Shown one piece after another: positions 39,001-51,627 of a stretch of 64,000 bases of DNA. A program made the translations under genes and the position numbers. This DNA comes from Octopus sinensis. Taxonomy: Eukaryota. The stretch covers positions 95,852,001 through 95,916,000 of the forward strand of contig NC_042999.1 of the NCBI RefSeq assembly GCF_006345805.1, given 5' to 3'. Each line of letters opens with the position of its first letter. Position 1 is the first letter of the stretch. The notes beneath the pieces were generated by a model, which was not told the DNA's origin, made no database searches, and worked only from the letters and a program-made list of their open reading frames with translations.

Positions 39001-39111
39001 ACCATACTAAGGCTATATGTTATCTTAACTAGGTGTTACTAGTGCTGTGGTAGCAGTAATAGAATTCCTCTTCCTCCTCGCTTTGTGATGAGAAACTCAT
39101 AGACTAAAATC

Positions 39112-39902
39112 TATCAGGTCTGAAACCTAATAGATGTTTGCATGAGTGATATTCAAATGAATCGTGGTTGAGTCAAAATGTTTTGCAATATTTTGATTAC
39201 TTATTTGTTTTATTTGTCAAGTTACCACAAATACAGCCTAACATTCAACGTAGAAGCCATCATGTTGCACCTGATGCCACCTTTCTGTCAGTTCTTTGAT
39301 CCCATGCTGATTCCAGTTCTTGTCCTTTTGAAGTGAAAAACTCCTTCACTAAAGCTTCCTTACTTTCTCTATCGCTCTTATTGTAAACTGTAGGTTCAAA
39401 AATCAAGGTCAGCTGTTGAAATTATTTACATTTAAATTTGGATAACAGATACTAAAATCAAAATATTTGCATTTGATATATAAAATCTGACAAAGTGTGG
39501 TGTCATAGCATTCTGAGTAAACTTTGTTTAAGTGAAATATTCTTTTCTGCTCTAGGCACAAAACCTGAATTTTTGGTGAGGGGGCCAGTCAATTAGATCG
39601 ACCCCAGTATACAACTGGTACTTAATTTATGGCTCACTTCCTGCACTTGCAATGCTTCATTGGCCAAGAGAAAGTGGAAGCTTCAATGAAGGAGTTCTTC
39701 ACCTCAAAGGACAAGAACCAGTATCAGTGTGGGATGGCAAAAAGGTGGCTTGAGATGGTGCAGCATGAAGGCCTCTACTTTGAATGTTAAGCTGCTTTTG
39801 TTGTAACTTGATGAATAAAACAAATAAGTTAGGAAAATATTGAAAAATTTATGATGATTTAACAAAATATTAAACTGACTTTTTAAATAAATGATCTTAA
39901 TC
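39112..39902. mobile_element. Inverted pair of mariner transposase 3' ends enclosing a 270-bp templated insert
   Basis: Right arm (39629-39900) has MAHFL...EKVEASMKEFFTSKDKN...RWLEMVQHEGLYFEC*; the left arm (39112-39368) is its diverged reverse complement. Confidence 0.85.
39361..39630 (+). repeat. Near-identical copy of 47099-47369
   Basis: About four differences by eye over about 270 bp. Confidence 0.95.
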
Positions 39903-40029
39903 TGAGCATTACTATATCCATATTGTAGTACATATTTATGTAAGCGCAATAAATTCTAAAAGCACAAGGAACATAGATTTTGTTGAATACCAGTAGAATT
40001 CTTAGTTTCTGTTTCCTAGGAGACCTTAT

Positions 40030-40270
40030 AAACAGTTGAGGTGGATGTTACGTAAGTATAGTAGTTAGACTAAGAAATGGCTGGAGGAAGTTCAGGGAGT
40101 TATTGCCTCTGTTGATAACAAAAAGGCCACTATCTCTCTCAGAGCAAATGGCAGATTATGTTATGCTTTTGTGCGAACAGCAATGCTACATGGCTGTGAA
40201 ACTTGGGCCATGAATGCAGAGAACATGCAAAGAGTAGAAGGAAATGAAATTAGCATACTTTACTGTGTGC
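40030..40270 (+). mobile_element. Degraded RTE RT C-terminal fragment
   Basis: GWRKFRELLPLLITK...VRTAMLHGCETWAMNAENMQR, homologous to 31620-31840. Confidence 0.85.
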
Positions 40271-40367
40271 CAAAGCAGATATTGGAGATCATCACAGTCC
40301 TCTGTTTCAACACCTTTCCTAAAACTTGTCCCTTTTGTCCTTTTCTTACTTTCGCTCATTACCTAAG

Positions 40368-40427
<60 letters not shown>

Positions 40428-40430
<3 letters not shown>

Positions 40431-40976
40431 GGTTATTAAAAAAGAATGAACCAATTTCATTATGCAATATTTTAATAAGGAAAAGCAATAAAAATTCCAG
40501 CTAAGTCACGAGTATGTATTCACCATCAACTTTTATTTCCTGTCCTACAAGTATTCAATGTGGCCACCACCTGCAACACAGGCAGCATCGGTGCAATAAG
40601 AAAATTCCTCCCAGATGCATATCATCATATCATGATCCACTGAGTTGATCACTGACATTATTTGATGTTTAAGGTCATCGAGTATAATGGGTAGCAGTGA
40701 AACATAAACTGCTACCCACTAACCTCGATGACCTTAAAAATTGAATAACAACAGCAATCAACTCAGTAGATCATGATATACTGATATGCATTCGGGAGGA
40801 ATTCTCTTATCACATTGATGTTGCCCCTACTGCAAGCAGTGGCCACATTGAACACTTGTAAGACAGGAAATAAAAGTTGATTGTGAGTAAATACTTGTGA
40901 CTTAGCTGGAGTTTTCTATTGCTTTTCCTTATTAAAATATTGCATAATAAAACTGGTTCATTCTTTTTGAATAACC

Positions 40977-40979
<3 letters not shown>
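40428..40979. mobile_element. Tc1/IS630-derived foldback element (552-bp near-palindrome) inserted in (TA)n
   Basis: Termini ..gggttatt.aaaaagaatgaacca; arms pair to the centre (tgggtagcagt/actgctaccca, 9-nt loop 40699-40707); right arm reads LPTNLDDLKN*ITTAINSV...EEFSYHIDV...GHIEHL*. Confidence 0.92.
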
Positions 40980-41015
<36 letters not shown>

Positions 41016-41029
41016 TAAATAAATAAATG

Positions 41030-42220
41030 GAGTTTAACGCAGGTGTAATCAAATATTTTTACTTTCGGCATATGTTTTGAAAATTCCACTGATACTATTC
41101 AAAAGAATAAATGGTATAAACAATGCAATCTTCTCCTCAGGAAAGTGAAAAAAACGAAACTCGTCAATAAGACATTTTAGCAAAAAATGATGGATTTGTA
41201 TAGCAATTGACAGAACGCTATTAATATTGTTTAAAAAAACGTTATATGATATAACATCATAAGTAGCTAACAGAAAGAGTAGGGATATTAATAGTGAATG
41301 TTAAATATAAAGGAAATTAAAGTTTAAATTATATATAATGATAGAGACTACTTATATGCACTAAATGTATGTTTTTGCCAATGCTTACATCTGTATGCTC
41401 GCTCTATAACCGTGTTTACTAGAGTATTTTTAGAAAAAAATAATGAAAAATAGCTCAGAATTGCAGAGAAGACAGAATTTCTTGCCTTTGTCATATGGTA
41501 TCAAAATTGAGAGAATCAGCCATTCTAAATGAAATTGTTCATTGTGGTCTTTTAAATTCCAAATCAGTTTGCTGAGACCGGTACTATTCCGTTTATTTCT
41601 ATCCCTAAATGTTGAGTAATGGATAGAAATTCTTTTACGATGTGCTTCCAATGTAAAATCGTACTTTATTACGAGTACTGATTATACACTGGTATATAGA
41701 ATTTTTAATCTTAGAGTTACTTGACATAAACTTAATTCTATTGGAATTGACTTCAGATACAATAACCTTGTTATTAATATTTCTAGAGGGTTGGATGGTA
41801 TTAGCTAAATTAATGTTAGTATTAGTAAATGTATTAATATTTAACAGTTTGTTATTATGAGAAGAGATTATTTGCAAGAGATTTTTTGTGTTTGAAAAAC
41901 CTATCCTAACCTTATGTGAATTGATAATAGAGTAATATCTAGAATTGTTTGGAAAATTCCTAGCAAAAGCCTGATGAAACAGCAGTGGAAGATTAGATTT
42001 AATGTCTCCCGTAAGGAATTATTAACCAAATATTTTTACTAGTATTCATACCATAATTACTTTTGAAGGTGTTATATTTACTTTTAGATCGATAATAGGG
42101 GATTAAATAAGGGTTATCTGCTTTTATTCGCTTTGCATCGGTGCGTAAGTTATGTTTGTTATCAATAATTCTTTTACGACTAGAAATCTTATCTACATTA
42201 TTGAATTTATATATATAATT
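41030..42220 (-). mobile_element. Penelope-like element 3' part with GIY-YIG endonuclease
   Basis: NSIYQC...FYIGSTS, frameshift, then KRISIHYSTFR...STGLSKLIWNLKD...CLLCNSELFFI; upstream WLIIPY and an Asn-rich linker. Confidence 0.88.
41061..41146 (-). ncRNA. Degenerate type I hammerhead motif in Penelope 3' pLTR
   Basis: Minus strand reads acuuuc-CUGAGGA-gaagauu...aauuuuc-aAAA-C-AUAU-G-cC-gaaagu: perfect 6-bp stem I, 7-bp stem II, palindromic CAUAUG, and two core mutations. Confidence 0.7.
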
Positions 42221-42314
42221 CTTCCAGAGCCTGCTGGCTGTTTGTGACATCAGTGACTGAATAGTCACTGTTTTCTGCATATTGTGGGGGAAAAAATATT
42301 GGTGGGAGAAGGCA

Positions 42315-42530
42315 TATAGATTAGTGGCCAGAGTATTTGGTTCAGAAGGCCATGAGTTTCATTCCTGATAACATGTTGTGTCCTTCAGCAAGACACTTAA
42401 TTTCTCATTGCTCCAGCTGACAAGATGAGTTGTATTTGTAATTCAAAGGACCAGCCTTGTCATACTGCATGTTAATTTCATCAGCCGGCCGCTCCATTTT
42501 TGGATCAGCTAGAACACTCACAGTTGTAAC
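42315..42530 (+). mobile_element. Degenerate tRNA-headed SINE with CORE-like domain
   Basis: gttgtgtccttcagcaagacactt; homologous to 51301-51627 with deletions. Confidence 0.7.
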
Positions 42531-42856
42531 TTGCAGAGAGCCAAGCTGTATATTGAGAGCAGTAAGATTTAGCTAGCATATGGTGAGTGGATGCTGATGA
42601 AGCACAAACATGCTGAAATCACATAATCTAATAGTTCCACCACTGCTACTGGATGATTTTTCATCTGCTACCAATACGTCTGTATTTCTTTGCACTATGC
42701 ACTATAATGTCTGTATTTCTAAGCAAACACTGCAATATTATGGCATTCTAACAATGCATCCACATTAACTAGAATGTAGAGATTGCTTAGATATACATGT
42801 GTTTTCCATTTACAGGTACATATAAATATATGTGCATGTGATATATATATATAATT

Positions 42857-42911
<55 letters not shown>

Positions 42912-42914
42912 AAC

Positions 42915-43125
42915 AAACCAACACCAGTTGTCATGCAGTGGTGGGAGTCAAAAACACACAAGCACACAGATATATATATATAAATAAATGACAAGCTTTT
43001 TTCAGTTTCTAATCCCCTCAAAAGTCTTTGATTGGCCCTGAGTTATAGCAGAAGACAGATGCACTCCCAAGGTGCCATGAAGGGGATACTGAACTTAAAA
43101 CAATCTGTTTGGGAAGCAAGCTTCA
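42915..43125 (-). mobile_element. Degenerate CORE-type SINE (second family)
   Basis: tatagcagaagac...cccaaggtgcca...gggatactgaac...gttgggaagcaagctt; same family as 51030-51120, 53955-54107 and 54415-54780. Confidence 0.65.
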
Positions 43126-46100
43126 GACCTCATATGCTAAAATTAAAATTCTACTTGTGTTCTGTAATTTTTGACACAGCAGTCTATAGAAATAATAATA
43201 TTTTCGCCCATATAAACTTTGACACAAGCACTTTTGTCTGAAACATTTTCTAAAGGTTCTTGGTTCCAAAACAAAAAAAAACCCAGAAGAATCTAGATCA
43301 TTTTAATTTCAACCTGTTAACCAAATTTTTCACTAATGTTAGACAACAGAGAAAATGAAAAAGAACATTGAATCAGCAAATACACACACACATGAAAAAA
43401 TACTCAAAAACACAGCCATACATACATACAACACTTGGACATAGAGTCGGGATATAACAAAGACATAAAATAGATACATGCACACATATTTTATTAAAGC
43501 ATATGTATATAATCAGTGAGGGAGAGTGAGAAAGGAAAGAAATAAAATTGTTTACAAAGTGTCATAACTAATTTCTTCATTTTCAATACGGATTTCTTTC
43601 TATCTGAAGCAATTTTCAAAATTATGAATGTAACTTTGCTTAAATTACTTTCTCCCTATTCAGACCTATATATACACAAAAATATGCATCAATTGTAGCT
43701 GCTCAATCAGTTCCAACAGTGAAATAAACAACAACAGCCTAAAGCAAAAAAGATTATTAGTTTTGTACCCTCTAATACTAGGCTAGATTTTACATCTAAT
43801 TTGTAGATCTGATATCAAATTTGGCTGTAGATTGACCAATGCACATTGCAGATAGGTAAAATTCATATACTCTATATATCTGAGAATATGTATATAAATA
43901 GAAAAAATGGCATCAGAGGATAATTGGAAAATAGCTTAATCAAAAGAATGGGTATGATGAGGCTAACAGTTGTCCAGATCCATACAATCCTATAAATGAT
44001 TTCCCTATATAAATCCATCTAATTTCTAAGAGTAATTGAGAATAGATGGATGTATCCATGTACCTGTACATATGTGCATATGCATGTACATATAACCATG
44101 TACATGTGTGAATGTGTGTGTGTGCATGCGCATGCACACACCCACACACTTTATAAAACTATAAATTTCTGTTACATACTTTATTGGTTATGTTGCTTTT
44201 CTTTGAAGAAATGGGGTCATAAGTTTTATGATAAATGTTTCTTTTTTTTTTCTATGACCAAAATTCAAAATTATAGGCTTCTCTCTATATGATTACATTA
44301 GTATAACATATAGTAAGTATATATTTTATACTATAAAATGTCTTCCATTTTCATCAGCAATTAAATGTGTTCATCATAGAACACTTGGTTATGTGTATGA
44401 GACCGATGGGATGCAATAACACCTTTCCTAGTGTTACTGACTAGAGGAGTTAAATTTAACACCATGAGCTAATGAAATATTCATAATTTTTTTTAATGAC
44501 TTTGTAACTTAAAGCAATGAACTTAACCATCTGGTGGAAGTGTGCCAGTGAATGTTAATTTCTTGATATAATTTGTGGCAGTATATCAACCCATCTTTCA
44601 GTTTATTGTTCTAGCTTTGATAATTATTTGTAATTTTGTATATCATTTGTTTATCTAATGTCCATTTTTCCATGCAAGCATGTGTTGCATAGGTGCTTAT
44701 TTGAGATAGAATTTTATGGCTGGATGTCCTTCCTAGTTTGCACTTAACAAGTAAACAAGTAAAAGATAACTGATAAATGTGTGTAAATTTGTTATGACAT
44801 TTTTCTTTAAAAGGTTATTTGTATTAAGAAATATTTCTTCTTTAAAACTGAAATTAAAACAAATTCTTCATTTCTCCCTCTATTTCTCATACATCTTTAA
44901 ATATCTTCCTTATCATCTTCATAGTTGGCATTTATATTACTTTGTTAAACTCACTTTAATTTATTTCATGAGGTACCAAAAGTTTTGTTGCTCAACAATG
45001 AGCTAATCAATGTTACAATTCAAATCAGAAGTGAATTTAACAGTTTTATATTTTTAAATTACTAAAATTGCTTTTCCATGATGTCATTGTTTCAGTTTTA
45101 ATAGACAATCTCATACCAAGTTATTTGCTAAACAAGTACATCTCTGAAATTATCTAGATTCTTTTATTTTTGTAATTTTTGAATTTCATTGTTTATAAAT
45201 AGTTCTATAAGATTAAGGATTTTGTCTTAGCTGTATGTAAAAAATATGCAAGGAAATTAATCCATTTGAAAAAAATATGAGATTGTAGAGAAATTTAAGA
45301 TAGGTATACAAGGTTAGGTTTTTGAAATGTGAAATTGGATGTTCATATTCACAATGAAAGCATTCAAGTAACAAGAAAATTTGGTTAGCTCTATTTAAAC
45401 TATCAGTTAACTTACAGGAAGAAATAACCTGATGTAAAATGATCCAATGAACATGGTAATCTAATCACTAAGAATTGTATTTTTATAAAAATAAGTAATT
45501 TTCTTTCAGTATAGATTTTTCTCATTTTCATTTCTTCCTATTAATAATTCTTTCAGCTTTAAGAAAGGTGGAAAAATAGCTTTGATCAAGTCATTTTAGA
45601 CTGAATTTATTTTCATTCCCAAAGTGCTACATTTCAGAAAGAAATATGTTTAATATTAACTGGTAGACTGAAAATACTTCACTGAATATGAACATCAATC
45701 CTAAAATATAGTCTAGTAGAAACTGGAAGTGGAATAAAATTGGCAGTGAAGTAATTTTATGGAAACTAGTTATGAACACGGTTAATTGAATTGGTATTAA
45801 CATTTCTGATATTGATTCTTATAATGATAATGTTGATGATACTGTTGATAACAGTAATTGCGTTGGCAATATTAATGATATTGATGACAGACAATGTTGT
45901 TGCTATTGTTGTTAGTAGTAGTGGTGGTGGTGAAATTAATGATTAGGAAGGTACTTAACAGTTAAGTAATACATTATAATAAAATTATGGATATTGATGT
46001 ACAGAGTATATATGAACTTCATATAATTGTATGTATCTCCACCTATTTCAGCTGTTTATTCATTTATTTTTTTAAATTTTATTTGATGGAGATACATGAA

Positions 46101-46417
46101 ACTGAAACTTAACTTGCTTTCTTCATCAGGACTTTAATCAGAACATTATTTTTATTAGTTCATATTTAATTGGTAATTGGAAACAAATAGCATTGCAACA
46201 TGATTACATGTTATGTCCATTATGATATATGTTTGTATTGATGTGTGTGTGTGTGTGTGTGTGGTGTGTGTGTGTGTGTGTGTGTATGTGTGTGTATGCA
46301 TGATTTCAGAGTCCTTAAAAAAATTAATAATGAAGAATATTAAAATTTATATTAAGAGGCTTCATGGACTAAATTAAATTGGATAACTATGATTTTGGCA
46401 AAATATGTTGGTGTCCT

Positions 46418-46801
46418 CATTCGTGGCACTCCATCGGTTTTGATGAGGGTTCCAGTTGATCCAATCAATGGAACAGCCTGCATATGAAATTAACGTGCAA
46501 GTGGCTGAACATTCCACAGACATGTGTACCCTTAACATAGTTCTTGGGGAGATTTAGCATGACATAGAGGGTGACAAGGCTGGCCCTTTGAAATACAGGT
46601 ACAACAGAAACAAGAAGAAAGAGTGAGAGAAAGTTGTGGTGAAAGAGTACAGCAGGGTTTGCCACCACCCTTTGCTGGAGCCTCGTGGATCTTTAGGCAT
46701 TTTAGCACAATAAACACTAACAACACCCAGTTTGGGAATTGAAACTGCAATCCTATGACCACAAGTCTGCTGCCCTAACCTCTGGGCCATTGTGCCTTCA
46801 C
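46418..46801 (-). mobile_element. Full-length tRNA-headed SINE with alternative central domain
   Basis: A/B-box-like head (tggcccagaggttagg; gtttcaattccc); tail shared with 51450-51627; 12-bp TSD tgtt(g/a)gtgtcct at 46406 and 46802. Confidence 0.85.
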
Positions 46802-46840
46802 TGTTAGTGTCCTATAAACACACACACACACACACATGCA

Positions 46841-46872
<32 letters not shown>

Positions 46873-47279
46873 ATGAATACTACCATTTTCACCCTAAAAT
46901 GCTGCCTTTCTGTTATTCGTTAGAATTTGTCTTTCTCTCTGAAAAACTTAGCTGTATTCTCATTCCCAACATTCTTTCTCTCCATCCATTTTATATTTCT
47001 TTCCTTATATTTCATACAAAAAATTTCAGTCCATGAATTGATAACCTGTGGAATTATGCTTGTTACAATGTGTTCTTTTACCTTTCCTTTTTCTCTTCTA
47101 CTTTCTCTATCGCTCTTATTGTAAACTGTAGGTTCAAAAATCAAGGTCAGCTGTTGAAATTATTTACATTTAAATTTAGATAACAGATACTAAAATCAAA
47201 ATATTTGCATTTGATATATAAAATCTGACAAAGTGTGGTATCATAGCATTCTGAGTAAACTTTGTTTAAGTGAAATATT

Positions 47280-47493
47280 CTTTTCTGCTCTAGGCACAAA
47301 GCCTGAAATTTTTGGTGAGGGGGCCAGTCAATTAGATCGACCCCAGTATACAACTGGTACTTAATTCATTGATCCCCAATAGGATGAAAGGCAAAGTGAG
47401 CCTCAGTAGAATTTGAACTCAGAACGTAAAGGCAGATGAAATACTGCTAAGAATTTTGCCCCAGCATGCTAATGTTTCTGCCAGTTTGCCACC
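47280..47493 (-). mobile_element. Full-length Nin-type SINE with perfect 18-bp TSD
   Basis: TSD ttgtttaagtgaaatatt at 47262-47279 and 47494-47511. Confidence 0.92.
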
Positions 47494-48619
47494 TTGTTTA
47501 AGTGAAATATTAAGTGAAATGTGAATCAAAAGTTTCTTCATAGCCATAATATCCACTATCCTCTTCTTCCTCTTTCACTCAATCATTTCTCACATCTTCA
47601 TGGAGCTTAATCTCTCTTGCATTTTCTGCTTTTAAACTTCTACTTTCTGTTAAACATTACTAAACTTATACACTCTTATTTAGTTTACCAAGCCTTCCCT
47701 TCATCTGTATCTCTAAAATTGTGTTGTCCATTGCTGTGATCACTTGCTTCTGACAATATCTGCTTCCTCTATTAATATTGATAAGATTTAATGACTTAAA
47801 CATCAAATATTATATATTTCAACATATAAATAATACAGCCATGCATCAGGTTTCATTGTTTAACCAATTTAATATATTTGGTGCAGGTCAGAGATAATTA
47901 CTCTCAGGTTTCAAAGAGGAAATGTTGGACATAAACTGCTTGAGGTACTAAATGCTGAAGGAAAGCAATATAAAGCAGACTGTTAACAACTGGTTGCTTT
48001 GGCTGTATGTCAGAGAGAATTAGATAAGATGATTAGGGAATAATAGTTTGAGCAGCAGCAATGACAGTGATGCAAACTGGCAGAAGGCAAGAAAAATCTA
48101 CAGAAGTCTAACCTGAGACTTCTTCACCCTCTACTGGTAATAACAGATAATTTATTGAATTAGCTTTTCTTGGGATAGCAAAACCAACGGCAGATGCAAT
48201 GCACAGGCTCATCATACATCTCTTTCAATGTTTTTGTGAAAATTTTATTTTCTCTCTTAAAATATGCCTTTAGGTTGATGCTAATTTTGTTAAATTTCTG
48301 AATGGAAACTTACAGACTTGGCCAAATCCTTGGAGAAATTATGTTTAACAACTGTAGAGACTCAGGAAAACTTTGTTTTAACAGGATTTTTTTTTTATAG
48401 CAAAGACAATACTGTAATATCCTCCTTCTCTGGAACCTCATCAGAATAAATGGCTTCAGATCTTCACTCATTAAAAGCATTTTTTTCAGTACATCAACTC
48501 CATGAAATTTATTAAAAGATCATCAGAAAAATGAAATAGAATCTTATCACCAGCTTGGGAATAGATTTGCTTTTATATCCTTTTGAGAATCTATAGTCAC
48601 ACATGTGCACACGTGTGCA

Positions 48620-48652
<33 letters not shown>

Positions 48653-50886
48653 TGTCTTTCTTTGAATTATAAGAAATTTTTGCATCTAAAATAAACCAAT
48701 ATTTTTCATTAAAAACATTCTTAATCAAAGCAAGTAGCTTTCCACTTCATAGCTTTTTTTAATAAAAACCTCTTGATATCACTTTCATCATTCGACTGTG
48801 TAGTTAGTATTGATGAATGTTAATCTTTAAAGTGAATAGTTTTCCTAGAAGGGTATATTCAATGGCTTTTAGAGATTTTCTCTTTTAAAGAAAATACTTT
48901 CCAAGGGTGTTTTAGTAACTGAGTTTGTTTATTGCTGATAGAGAACGTTGATGAAGAGAATTATATTCCATGTGAAGTTTATGCAGCTGCGAGAGTCTTA
49001 TTGAATGGTTTGTTTTTATACTCAGATTGTGCTTTTATCCTTGCTTTTATTTCCTGTTTAGTAAGAAAATCACTTAAAATTTATAATCAATGAATTTGTA
49101 CGTTTATTTCGGCAAAATAATTGTTATTTGCTAAGCAAGTATGTACGTTACTAAAATTCTGTATTCAAACAGCAGCATTTTTATTAGACAGACTGACAGT
49201 TGCACAAAATTGCTTATATGCATAGAACTATAGATATCATTTTTATAACATGGTTATTAAGATAAACAGGGGCCAGGAAATGTATTTTCAGGTGAATTTA
49301 CAGCCTCTTTTCATATCCTTTTGACAGTTACTAGCTATGTGGGACATCTAAAACTGAAATTATTTCATTGAAAATGTTTTGTTAATGATATAGTTTTATC
49401 AAATGTTTCTTTAATATAACTGTGTTTTATCTTTTATCGTTTCATCTTTTAAAGTTTTATGCTTTAAATCCATTTCAAGTTAACTTACATTCCAGATACT
49501 ACAAATAAGCATACAAATGATTTTGATTTTTGTGCTTCATAAAATTTCATCTAGAAAATAACCTACAAAAATATATGAAGTAGGTTAGCTTAGGAGTCAA
49601 GCATCAAGATAAGATTTTATAATTATAAATTGATTATCAACATCTATAGATATTATATTCATGAATAATGGGATTCTTCTGTTTGAATTTCTCTGCTTAG
49701 CTATATTATGGACAAAAAGAGTATTACCTGTTAAATATTTCTTCTCAGACATAAAAGCCAATTTGGAAGAACTTGTGTCAGATGAGATATGTAAAGTGTT
49801 AGGTTTAAATTCTTATATACATTCTCTTTTTACCAATCTTTATGATATGGTTGATTAACAGATATTTCAAAGAAAATATTCATTCTGTAGAAGCAATCTC
49901 AGTGATAATGGAACTTTTATCAAATTTCTGAGTCTTGCCTGCATAAACCATGATGTAATGGCAATGGATTTTAAAAAAATTATATTATGCTCAATGATAT
50001 AATTTCCTGCTCACTCAGATAATGTTATAAAGACAATTACATGTTTGAAGGAAGAAACCAATTTATTGTCATTCTATATTTATTGTTAATTTAAAATATT
50101 CTTTAACAAACTCTTTTCTTGAAAAGCCTTTTACCATAAATCTTTATGCTATTATGAAAAAATTATATTTTAAGTTTTTTTTATTTTTATTATTCTTCGG
50201 CCTTGGTAATGTCACATTTAAATTTTCTACTATTGGTTTCTCATATACTCAGTGAATGTATGTGTATGTATGCATGTAAGCATGTATCTAACCCAAAACA
50301 TGAGTCTTTCTTATAATGCTTGTATTGTATAAATATATTATTTGTTAGGATTAAAAGGAAAATCAAAGGTGGTTGCCCTCTTTCATCTTCTCATATAGTA
50401 AACCATAATATATAAACCATGTTTTATTGTTTTCACACTGCCCTATATATCTTCTGACATCCCTGGTTACGTACTACATTGTTGATGCAATGTCATTTCT
50501 TCCAATGTGTGTTTATAATATTTTATAGCTGATAACTCTTCATTTGAGGTAGTTTACTTCACATTTTTCTTAGACTGAATGGTCAATATTTTGCATTGTA
50601 GTTGTCATTTGAAATGCATGTATTTCGCATTCTTGGTCCATATTAACCCTTAGAATGTTTTACAAGCTGTGAAGTGCACAAACAACACAATAGTCATGTA
50701 CTAACAGTTGCCAGCCCTTCAATTTCAGCAGATAGAATAGAGACTAAAATCATTGCTTTTTACTTTGCATGTTTTTTTCCTTCCTCCTGCGTTCTGTGTT
50801 TAATACAACCTAAAGCTGTTTTCTTTGATTCCGAGGAAGAATTTCAATCTGATAAGCAGTTGTCTTGAAATACACGCACACACACA

Positions 50887-50938
<52 letters not shown>

Positions 50939-51300
50939 TATTTCTATTGAGATCTTTAGTTTAAAATCAGATAATTATGAAGCTATTTTTTTGCTTTATA
51001 ATTCCTTTTGCTTATTTATCATTTGCCCTTTGTATCTATAGTAGAAGACACTTGCCTAATGTGACACACAATTGGAGTGAATCCAGAACCACAAGGCTGG
51101 AAAACAAACTTCTTTACTCACAACCAAATGTTTCAAACAAAAGGATATATGGTTCTCAATTAGCTGACACTTGTGATGACACAATGCTAATACTAGTAGA
51201 TTGACAGATTACCTATTCCAGATAATATTCTCAAATTTTAGACATTTCTAATCAGTAGTTTTCAGTTAATCTGCTTTTATTTGAGACATACATTCTGTTA

Positions 51301-51627
51301 TGTGAAGGTGTGTGGGTTAGTGGTTAGGGTATTCAGCTCATCGTTGTAGGGTTGCAAGTTCGATTCCCATGCGATGCATTGTGTCCTTGAGCAAGACACT
51401 TTATTTTATGTTGCTCCAGTCCACTCAGCTGGCAAAAATGAGTAGTACCTGTGTTTCCAGGGACCAACCTTGTCTCACTTTGTGATATGCTGAATCTCCC
51501 TGAAAACTATGTTAAGGGTACACATGTCTGTGGAGTGCTCAGCCACTTGCACGTTAATCTCACAAGCAAGTTGTTCTGTTAATTGGATCAGCTGGAACCC
51601 TCATCATCATAAGTGATGGAGTGCCAG
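51301..51627 (+). mobile_element. Full-length tRNA-headed SINE with CORE-like domain
   Basis: A box tgggttagtgg, B box gttcgattcc, tgtgtccttgagcaagacactt; TSD tacattctgt at 51289 and 51628. Confidence 0.88.

Noticed and set aside
38809-39042. Thr/Ala-rich mucin-like ORF
   Set aside because: Product of a trinucleotide repeat; no splice or coding support.
41156-41170. GAAACTCGTC resembling a hammerhead 3' half
   Set aside because: No upstream CUGANGA or stem I partner on that strand.
51301-51370. tRNA gene
   Set aside because: A/B boxes belong to a SINE head with body, tail and TSD; no complete cloverleaf.
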